Below, in pieces: positions 49,802 to 64,000 of a stretch of 64,000 bases of DNA. The DNA comes from Phallusia mammillata (taxonomy: Eukaryota): NCBI GenBank assembly GCA_965637545.1, contig OZ281498.1:21638001-21702000 (forward strand), in the 5' to 3' direction. A program made the translations under genes and the position numbers. Numbering within the stretch: the first letter of the stretch is position 1; each line of letters starts with the position of its first letter. The notes under the pieces were generated by a model. It did no database searches, was not told where the DNA came from, and saw only the letters and a program-made list of their open reading frames with translations.

Positions 49802-50631
49802 GTAAGGTCGGTCCATTCTTTTCCACGTTACTTGTAGTGCAACTGTGCAGACCGTTTGAAATGCGCCGATATGAAAAGGTCAACCACCACGCCACGTTAT
49901 TTCATTTTTTCGTGATTCGCTCGTATAAAGGCAGCGCGTGAAAAAGCTTTTTCAGAGAGGACTCAATTGAGACTTGGTTGAATACAATGTTTTGCGCAAA
50001 AGTTTAAGGGAGAAGATTGGAAATAACAAAAGCTTGTAAGGAGTTGTAAATAGTTAGTTTTTCTAGAGGAATTGAGGTTGTATTGAAAGTTGTAGGGGAA
50101 AAATCTATAACTTGGGTAGTGTTTAATTTTTGGCTACCAGTTGATCAATGAAGTACACATTATTTCGCTTTGTCTTTGAGAGATTTGGGAGGTGCAGCGA
50201 TCTATAGCAAGATTGATGACATAAAAACCTTTAACTTGAACCTCAACATAGCGAAAATCAGTAGGGCAACTAGTATGTACACGTTTAACGTAGAGGGCAC
50301 GGGATCGACCGACAGTGTGTTCAACAAGTTTAAACAATGATCAATTTTCGACACAAATTTCCGGTCACACCAATGAAGTCACTGTAGACCAGCTTTAGGA
50401 GCCCAATATTACGCAAAGGCGTTTCTATAAATGCGCAGCTGCATAACTTTAAATCTTGGGTTGCAGGTTGCAAAAAACCTTGATACACTATTAGAGACGT
50501 CAAACACTTGAAAGATTTGAGAAACTTTCAATATTGTGTGTGTCGGTTTAAAATTAAATAAAGTAAAGAAGAAACGGAAGATTAATGTGCAGTTTATTTT
50601 TCGTATTGCAGAAATATTAGTGTAACAGTAA

Positions 50632-54693
<4,062 letters not shown>

Positions 54694-57600
54694 AAAACAA
54701 CAAGAGAAAATGAAACAACATTATGTATTCATGCATACATAAAAGAGTATAAAAGAAATACTGCTTGGAAACTTTCGAATATATTCTCATCCTTAAAAAG
54801 ATGTAAAACTGTTTTTGACATCGACGTGCCTTTTTGTTGCAAATTGATCTCTTGGCTCCAAATATACGAAACAAAAAGGAAAATGATTTGATAAAATTCG
54901 GCGGCTGTCTAAAAACAGTGTAATTATAAGAACAGCTAGTTGTTGGCAAGATTGGAAAAGATAAGTTACAAAAGCTTAAAACACGAACTGTGCAAACAAG
55001 CAGAAGCCGAAACACATAACATTGTAAGATACGTCACAAATCACAACAATCGGGATCCTTGCCACAAAAAGTGTACCTTTTTTAACAGTTTTGTGAAATT
55101 TATAAGTTACGGCCAAGAAAATGGTTGGTGCCAAAGTCTATCTATCAAACACAAGTTGTCGCACGAGAATTCATGGAGCGTGAAATGGGGCGACTTTGCA
55201 CGCTTTTAACAACGCAAAGGATAGGGTTTTGGATGTTGTTTTCAATAACCTGGCTTAACGACTAAATATTTTTTATTTCTAAATTGCCTTGCTGACAAGA
55301 AAATTTATGCGTGACGTAAAAATGACGTCATTGGTTGCCAGGCAACGCACAATGTTTGCAGGAAAGCAGTTTTATTGGCACGAGTTTAGCGAAAAAAAAT
55401 TTCTGCATTGTTTGCTAGCAAATTTGTGAATAAAGTGTAGTAAATATAAATGATCCCGACCATTTTTAGTAATAAAAAATGTTGATTGTACAGATATTTC
55501 AAAAACTTAGAAATATAAGTGTTAACCAAAGCAGTTTGTTTATCGAAGTTATACTTTTTAAAGTCTTTATTTAGGTTAACGGTATACTTATTTTTTTGCT
55601 ACTGGAAAAAGTGCAAACCTACAGAAATTTGCAATACATTTAACAGTTCTATGATAAGATGAATAAAGTGTTCATATATATAAACTTGCAACTTAAAATA
55701 GTAAAAAAAGTGGTTTGGTGGCCAGTTAAGTGCACCAATATAATGAAGAAACTGGTGGATGGGTGGGCTTTTAAAAGAACAAGCTGTTGATTTCAAAGTA
55801 TTCTTACTGAAGAACAATTATCTAGTGTCCCATCGCACCAAACCTGTGTAAGAAGTTGCTGTTTGGCATGGCTCCTGGCTTGCAATACCAACAGGCATAT
55901 AGACTGAGAAAAAAGTAAAACATAAATGCCAATGTTTTATTTTGCAACAATTTTGATTAAAACAGACACAAATAATGACATAAAATAGTAATGCATAACA
56001 AGATGGAAAGACAAATAACATTCATTGATTTACATGTAATTTTGTGACATTTAGAAGGCTGACACAGGATCTATTGGACTTCATGTAACTACTGTGTTTG
56101 AGTTTATGAAGCTTTAAAAAAACATGTCATACTGTGCAGTGTGTCTCTTAAGTTTTGACTTTTTTGATTTTATGGAATCACCAATTTTGAAAAATGCTAA
56201 TAATTCTTGCATGTTATTTTATGCCCTTAATGAAATCATTTGGATTTTTTGTGATATCCTCACATAACATGTATTGTGGGAAGTATCAGCTGAAACTGAA
56301 ATAAATGAAAAAAGTGCCACTTTGGATGCAAAATTTCCCACGAGACTTTTTGTGCTGTGCAGGCGAATAGATTCAAGAAGATTTAACAATTTTGTTGATA
56401 TTGGTTGTTTTATGCATCAATGTTAGTTGTATTTGTTTATATTGCATTTTTTCTTGTGGTTGTGTTGCATATGACAGTACACATATTCAACATGGTATAT
56501 AGACCTTAATTAATGCAATAAATATTTTTATCACTAAAAAGTGTGAAATATCTTTCAAAAAAATTAAAAAAAGAGGGAAAGATTGTGCAACACCTTTAAA
56601 GGTAGTACCAAAAGCTTTCAAAATTCAGTATGTGCTAAAAGCGTCAAAATGCAGTAAATAAACGATGACGTCACTATTACGTCATGACTTTTCTGACCTT
56701 GGAGGACCATGGTCAAACTATTTATTCCAATTTTAGATGAATATACATCACAACCTTTTTATCTTTCGGGACTTAAGTAGGCTACATGTATATCTACTGG
56801 AAAATTTACCCGCTAAAACCTAATTTAAACTCTATTTCATGTTCATCAGTTCCATTTAAACATTATAAGTTAAGCGTAGTTATATTTTTATTCAAAATTT
56901 TGCAGAAATTGCAAAATCAAACACCGCAAAAGTATCCAAATTAATCATTTTATAAATCGGCCCCATAAGGCGCAATGCAAAATTCGCGCTAATTTCGCCC
57001 CATTTTCATCCCCACAACTTGTGTTTTCTATGGCGTGCGACAACTTGTGTTTTCTATGGATTTTGGTTGGTGCAGCTTATTCAGCAGTAACAAAACAGAA
57101 TGCGAAGTGAAGAATAGGGCCACTTGCGATTTTTCCTCAAAATACAGATGAGAAAAATATTATCATATTAAAAAAACTAATTACAAAGCCTGCTGTGAAT
57201 CACGTGCCGGTGTTTTAAACCCAAGCAATCTTATGGCCAATATTGAAGCATAATTCTCCTGTATTAGTAGGTCAAATTTTGCTTTTAATGGGTGTATAAA
57301 AGCCGATTTGAATAGGTGTGTGCGTATGTTCAAATTCTATGACACACGCTTGAGAGACTACTAAGCAAATCAAGGGCCCCTTCACTTCAAAAAAAGAAAT
57401 TCATGCTTGGACACGTTTGGTAGTTGTAAATCCAAGGGGGTCCGCCAGCCCTAAAATTATCAATAAATCTCTGCGGTTTTCGTTCCGCTCGAGAGCACAC
57501 ACACAAAGGTCACACGACCGTATAGCAACAAGCCCTTGACAACCAACAACGCTTTCATCAACACAGCTGACAACTGAGGCCTTGTTGGAGGTGTCTGGTG

Positions 57601-58120
57601 TAGTGATTGGACATTTAACGTGCGCTGTGCGGGCTTTGGTGTCCAGACGTCCTTTGTGTGCTCTCAAGTACACTGTATTGTTTGTTGTGGTAACCCTCCT
57701 AAGCCGGAATGTATAAAAAAGATATGCGCTTGTGACGGGGCCGTACATTTCGAAAACGGGCTGCCGTGTTGTATGTTAGCTGTGCGTGAATCTGTCACAT
57801 GGTGTGTTGTCTTAACACAAGGAATACAATTTCGATTTTCCAGTTTAGTTTGTAAATTAAGGCTGTAAATTTAAGTTACACAGGTAATTGAAGTAGATTA
57901 ATTTAATTTAACTAGGCTAGTTTTGTTTATCACTTCTTAAACGTATTTATCACAAAATCAAAGTTGAAATATGTAAATCCAGTTTCAGAAGTACATAATA
58001 TTTATGCAGCTAAAAGATTTAGGAGATTAATCCAAACTGTGTTGGGAAAATAGACGTACTTTTCAACACATTTAAGTGTTTTACACATACTGTGATTTAC
58101 AGATCCTTCAAGCATACACA

Positions 58121-61034
58121 ATGGGTTGTGGCCAATCAAAAGATGCAGTAAAAGCAATACAGATGCAAGATGGAGAAGTGGTAAGTAAAAATAATTTAAC
58201 TATTGATGTACAGAACTGCCCGCAAAACTATGGTAATTTAACAATTTTGAAAACATTTTAAACTAACCTAGAGGGACAAAATAGCAGATCTAAAAAAATT
58301 TAATGCGAACTCTTTTATTTGGGCCATCTGTTTACCGTTCTGTTGGTTAGTAGTTAACCAATTATATGTATAATGCTATTATATAAAAAAATGTTTCGAC
58401 AAAACTTACACATCAGGGCATTGAGACAAACTACTTCTCTTAGGGAAAACATCACTTATTACAGCTTCTTGTTTGTGACATTTAAAGTTTACTTATGACA
58501 TCTTGTTTTCTCAGAGAAGCAAAAGTGCGAAGTCAAAGAAGATTAAAGTTGCCTCATCTGACTTGACTGTCGCTGATGATTCAAATGCAGTTCAAATTGG
58601 AAAGTCAACCTCCGCCAAAAGCAGAGACAGTGGATACCAAGAGGTAGGTTTCATTATCAGTACCTCATAGTATTCCACATATCCATATCTGAGACTAGAT
58701 TATACCGTTTTTTTTAATACAAACCCTCACCCCAACCCAAATAGATGTAACTGTCAGAGCTTTTATAAGGCCTCAAAATTATAATTTCTGCTTAACATGT
58801 ATTCCTGTTTAAAACGGCAGTATCATATTGTTTGGTAACATACCAGCAATATTATGCAATTATCATATTGTTTGGTAACATACCAGCAATATTATGCAAT
58901 GTTTAGTCATCGGTAAACAACAAGTTTATATAGCTCTTCTGGCAAATGTATTTTTATTCCGACGTTTCAACGTCCTATACAGGTCGCCTTCATCAGGGTA
59001 AATAACACTGAATGCGACTAGTACAGTGCACGATGCCATATTAAACACATTCTGACTTTTCATAGGATTATGGAAAAAATGACATCAATGACATAATCAC
59101 AGAAGAATCAGATCCAAACAGAATTAAAGATGTTGAATCACTGTCTCGACCAAAAACACCAAGTAAGCATTAACTATCCAACAAAATCATTTGAAAATAC
59201 AGTGATTCAGTATGGTATGTTTCTTAATCCAGACTTTGAACTAGTAGGCTCCCAGTTTAACCCGAAAAGTGCTGGAAGAGAGAGAATGAGGTCAAGAGCG
59301 ATATTACAAGAACTAGAAGCAGAAGGTTTAATATCAGGTAAACAAGAAAATTTAAATTGTCACTATTAACTTTAACATTTAACAAATAAATTTAAAAACT
59401 GTCTTACACTGTGAAAGCATATAGCCAAAAATGATAGGCTGCAGACAGTGTACACAGTGTCTTGTATAAGGTCTGGAGTGCCTTGGGTGGCTGCACTGAC
59501 CTTACGGCCTATCTCTTGTCACCAGCTGCACTGATTAGACTTTAAAGGTCGAAACAGTGTGAACTGTTTACAGCTTGTCCCACTCTGTTTTTACTATAAA
59601 CTGTTTTTTTGCAGTAAAAAAACGTAAAAAAAAGTTTGGGGCTTTCGCATTGTAAAAGTTTTTTGAGGCTTTTGATGTCCAATTTCAATTTTTAGGCTCA
59701 AAAGTAGAAAAGGGTGGGACTGCTTTTGAAGTGAGCGTGGGGCCACTTCAACCCCTCGAACCTTTAGCCCCGATCCGCCGCCCACCACCAAGACTTGAAA
59801 GGATGAAGAGTGAAAAAAAGATTTTGACCAAAGCAGAGTTAGAAAAGAAAATACAAGAGGCTGATGAAAGAAGAATGGTGAGAAAACATAATTAAAACTT
59901 AGCAGTTGCCTGTTCAAAAAGTGTGACAGTCAAACATATATTTCACTGCAAATTACTTGCAACAAGTTCAGACATGTGAACATAATTTAAGTACTTTAAG
60001 GGACATTAAGAGTTGTTATATATAAACAAAATATATAACTCCCTTCTTCAACTACTGCAAAGCAAACAACTTTGAAAACCATGATATGAACAGTCTGGAA
60101 ATAATCTGTTTTTCCTCACATTCAGTATTTGTGCAACCCAAATTTCTGCACAATGGTCTTTGTGCTTGTATCAACATGACCTTTAAATGTTTACTTAACA
60201 ATGGAACAGACACAATATACTGTGTTTTGGTTGCACTCTCGAAAGAGTAATACTTCTTAAATTGTACCAAATTCATGAACTAGCTTTTTTTGGCTTTGCA
60301 TTGGTTTTATTCTTTATATTTAGCAAACCATGGAAAGAAAGAAGAGTCGTCTTGCCATGCAGATAGCTAGAGATCAAGAAATTGCAAAGAAAATGAAGAA
60401 CACAAACCGTGATGAGGTATGGTTCACTTCAAAACATAGAAAAACCTCTTTGAGAATTTAATTTTTTGTATAATAATGCTCCAACCAAGGCTACACACTC
60501 CCTAAGCGATACAGGTTTTGTTTTGTGTATGAGAATGCTAATAATTAGTGGCTAGGGAATAAGAGCTTGAAAAAGGGTCAAGAAAATAAATTACTTCGAA
60601 AACGCACAAATTCTTTGTCCGTACTATTTACAATATTGTACTCTCTCCTCTTTATACAGGCTAAATTATCTTAGATAGAAGTAAAGCGAGAAAAACTGTT
60701 TTCTAAAATACCACTATAAACAACTTATCATACACAAAAATCATACGTCCTAATTCATACCTTTGAATTGCAGATTGATTTTGCCGACAACGTGGACAAT
60801 GTGGCTAAGCCTGCCAGTGCTGGGGCACCTGATTATGGCCAGGGGGAGCACACAGGCCTTCCGAACAACAAACCACACCCACCGCGCGCTTCAGTATTTG
60901 AAACAGACAGCATGAGCAGTTTGGACGAGGTCGGTACCCCGCTAGGTGGCGGTGTAAGCTCGACGGACGACTTTTTTGGAGCCGCCAGGCGCTCCCGGAA
61001 CAATTCGCTTTCACGAACCAGTGTGAATGCCTGA
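58121..61034 (+). CDS. STMND1: Stathmin-domain-containing protein (STMND1-like), 308 aa, with an N-terminal MGCxxS acylation motif
   Basis: Exons 58121-58180, 58515-58643, 59066-59162, 59233-59337, 59696-59877, 60324-60416, 60774-61034, all in phase. Motifs MGCGQSK, ILQELEAEGLI, GGTAFEV, RRPPPRLER...LEKKIQEADERR. Likely 5' UTR exon ends at 57883 (donor gtaatt). Confidence 0.82.
58821..58900. repeat. Perfect 40-bp tandem duplication
   Basis: tatcatattgtttggtaacataccagcaatattatgcaat occurs twice with no mismatch. Confidence 0.95.
58954..59005 (-). ncRNA. Minimal type-I hammerhead ribozyme motif (Penelope-like element type), antisense in STMND1 intron 2
   Basis: Minus strand: ttatt-ta-cc CTGATGA a ggcgacct gtat aggacgtt GAAACGTC gg-aataa. 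Stem I CC/GG plus TTATT/AATAA; stem II pairs 7/8; GUC cleavage triplet. Confidence 0.7.
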
Positions 61035-61614
61035 CGCGCCGCAAAGAAATTTCAAAACCTGCCGGATATTCTGGCTCAAGTTTAAAGAGCAATTTGCGCA
61101 ACACTGTTTATAGCTTTTAGCAAATTTTACTGTATTTTGTCCCGTTTTAAAGCTTTATTTTTTCCACTCCGTCCCTTACAAAGTTGCAGTTAATTTTGCA
61201 GGGTAATTTTCGAAACTGAATTTCAGATATTGCAGTGTTATCTAACGGCTCATTCATTCACCACAAAAACAGTGTCAAATATAGGTTATCATTACTTAAT
61301 GCGCTTCCACCCTACCTTCCAGCCAACGTTCGTATCTATACATACATTTGAATATTTGTATTTATTGCCGTTTATTTACCTGAAATAAATTTACGCCTCC
61401 AAACCAAGTGCTTAACTTCAACAGACCTAACTTTGAAGTTTGAAGTATAGGTAAGGCATACATACATAACTGGCATCAGCCGTGAAGCGTCCATGCAGAC
61501 TAGTGATCACGGCCCACTCATATAAGAATCACAGGCCCATTGTAGGCGTCATACCGAATTAGGTCGTTCTCCAAAGCATTACGACAAATGGTAAGGCATC
61601 AACAAGAAAAAATT

Positions 61615-61688
61615 AGACTGCGGTGGGATTGGAACCCACGACAGGAGTCTTTCCGGGGCTCGCGCTCTACCAACTGAGCTACACAGAA
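61615..61688 (-). mobile_element. tRNA-derived SINE head or tRNA pseudogene
   Basis: tagctcagttggtagagc (D arm/A box) and gtgggttccaatcccac (T arm/B box) are intact, but the anticodon stem does not pair and the acceptor stem is mismatched. Confidence 0.7.
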
Positions 61689-62520
61689 TGAGTGGTAAAC
61701 CTGTCGAAAGTCGAATCACAAGCACCGTTGCCTGCCTCGTATGCTGCACATATCAGTTTTGTTTCAAAAACTGGGTAACTAATTTGTGAACATTCGGTAC
61801 CAAAAACTAAAGACACACGCGAATCGTTTAGTCAGTAGATAGAACAATCTCCGAGTTACCATAAAAATGCCAACTTTAAACCATAATTCCAGCGAAATGA
61901 CAATGACCGCCAACGCACAAAACACAAAAGTTAAAAATTAAAAAGTCAACCCTAACGCGCCATAATGCTGGAACTGCAGCTTAAAAACAAAACGCACTTC
62001 GATATTTCAACATGTTCAATCGAGCAAAAGTATCTACAATGTGAGGAAATGTGCGAACGAAAAATCAGAATAAACAACAATAAGCAATTCCACGACACAG
62101 AAACAATACATAAATCTAAGTCAATATATATATTTATATCGTTACAACTTTAATACATGGCACACATATGCCCTTGTACATTAACAGTCAGGGAAAGGCA
62201 TAGAAAAAATCACCAAAAAACTGCAAATGATAAAATACTAGACCAAAAATGGTGTCATGCAGTTTAGCTAACTCAATGATATAAAAAGCTTTATAGTTGT
62301 CTAAATTTAATTTTTTGGATGCAAATTTTATTGATAAATTTCCTGTGTTACTGGTAATTAAAATGATTTCAAACTTAAAATCATTTACTGTGCGGGATAA
62401 ATATGTATAGAATATAGCGAGAGCCATAATAGGTCGGACTTACAGCGGTAAAAAGTATAGGTGCTGCGTAAAATTGCGCAATGTATACTGAAGGCAAATT
62501 GTAAGCCGGATAATGTACTA

Positions 62521-62713
62521 CAGTTTGGGTGTGCAACCTGCGGCCAATTGAATGAAGGTTTAACGGCTGGTGTTTTTTTTCTGAGACCAATAAAACGGCT
62601 AGAATCGCAAATTTTACGGTAGATGTGTAGTATGCGACCAGTAACTTTCTGTTTAGTAAAGCAGTTTCATTTTGTGAATTGAATTTGGCCCAATTCCTAA
62701 GGCTACACACCCA
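62521..62713. mobile_element. Degenerate hAT MITE (9293 family)
   Basis: gggtgtgcaacctgcggcc ... aaggctacacacccat. Confidence 0.55.
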
Positions 62714-63215
62714 TACACCACAGTATAGTGATATTAGAATGTACTTTTTTAATTATTTCTAATTTAGCAATCTTTACTTATTTGAAAAAAAAAGTTACTA
62801 GTAGTATTAGAGCAGCATTTAATTTAGGCATAATGTTAAAAACCATTATTAAACATTGGACGGCAGAATTATATGCAAAAAAACAAAGTTGCTCCATTAT
62901 GTTACACACATTGTATTTTCACAAACTATGTTTACCCATGGTGCTTAAATTCATTAGTTTCATTACAACCATGGCATTTGTAACTGCTTCATAACCCATT
63001 AGGATAACAATTTCCACAAAATGGGAGTGCTGCTTACGCTAAGATGCAGCACTTTTGGTTCTAATCACCAAAGTAAAAATTTATGTTTTGTTTCCTTTGG
63101 GGCAAGGCATTTTTGTTTTGTTTCTAAAACTTGTGTTGTTAAATAGGAACTGGATTTTGGGTTCAACAGTCTTGGAATGCAGAGTTGGAAAATATTGAAA
63201 ACAAAGCATAAGCAA

Positions 63216-63614
63216 TTATTTTTTTACACTGACCACAATAATTATTATTATGATGGCAAGAATAACAAGAAGAAGGATTGCACAGATAAATTTCTTCTTT
63301 CGTGCCGAGGTCTAAAAAAATACATAAATTTAGTGTCAAATCTTTTAGAGCACATTTGCGAAAACTTTTTGTTGATGTGGTAACTTATTATTCTGTGACT
63401 CAAATAATTCTTTGCTGCAGAAACTAAATCAAGTCCCTTCAATAGGGTAAATTTAGTTAATGCACTGCATACTTGAAAAGTTTGAAAATTTGAGAGATGC
63501 CTTTAACACACTTTACAGTCGTTAATTTTACCTGCGAGGCTCTGGCTTGTTTCAATTGCGTGTTTCCTTGTTCAACGGCGTCACCAGCATTATCGATATT
63601 TGCTTCTATGCTAT
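63216..63614 (-). CDS. STX12: Syntaxin-7/12-like Qa-SNARE, last two exons (the gene continues beyond the window)
   Basis: 63614-63532 encodes (D)SIEANIDNAGDAVEQGNTQLKQARASQ (SNARE C-terminus); 63311-63216 encodes TSARKKKFICAILLLVILAIIIIIIVVSVKK* (tail anchor). STX7 versus STX12 cannot be resolved. Confidence 0.85.
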
Positions 63615-64000
63615 CTAAAAACAGAACAAACAAATTAAAATAGGATTGTGCCTAATGGCCGTGCAAAGTACGGATAAAGCCTCAGCTTATTTATGCAATT
63701 AACCAGATTGTGCAATTAACCAGATTTTTTTCATCAAATGGTAAAGGTTCTTTACACTTTCTGGTCCGTGTAACGGCAAGCCCTACAAACGATTGTCACC
63801 AGCCTTGCATGTGTGTGACTTGTGTTTTTGTACGTTGCTAGGACGATGTGGAAATGACGAATTATTTCCATTTATGTGTTTTGGCTTATTAGCCCCACAA
63901 ATTTTGAAAAAAATGGGTTGACTGAAGGCTTTGGTCAAGCAACAAACTTTGAATCGTGTTTGTTCACAGGGTTCGAACCCAGGGCGCTCCTCGGGAGGAA

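Noticed and set aside
55690-55910. Stop-riddled protein-like frame (WFGGQLSAPI...LLFGMAPGLQY), possibly a transposase fossil
   Set aside because: I cannot assign it to any family; it would need a profile search.
61615-61688. Functional tRNA gene
   Set aside because: The anticodon arm does not pair and the acceptor stem is mismatched; called a SINE head instead.
63026-63053. 8-bp hairpin in the syntaxin 3' UTR region
   Set aside because: Matches no known element (not IRE, SECIS or histone stem-loop); expected by chance.

Overview
AT-rich, intron-containing animal genomic DNA with short introns and dense hAT/Tc-type MITEs; the style suggests an invertebrate chordate such as an ascidian (inference only). 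No prokaryotic features or CRISPR arrays. Genes were rebuilt by hand from splice signals and reading phase. In order: a 4-exon FABP/iLBP gene whose last exon is tandemly duplicated; three tandem tetrameric-type cytidine deaminases; a candidate orphan spliced mini-gene (minus); a ~29-kb RZ-like RGS gene (minus) with a candidate array of alternative N-terminal exons; GDP-L-fucose synthase (GFUS/TSTA3), head-to-head with the RGS; a stathmin-domain STMND1-like gene; and the last two exons of a syntaxin-7/12-like gene (minus). Best leads: the RGS alternative first-exon array, minimal Penelope-type hammerhead ribozyme motifs (one lies at the FABP duplication breakpoint), the orphan mini-gene, and substitutions near the active site among the CDA paralogues. 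I cannot claim a wholly new biological system from sequence alone. No database searches were run.
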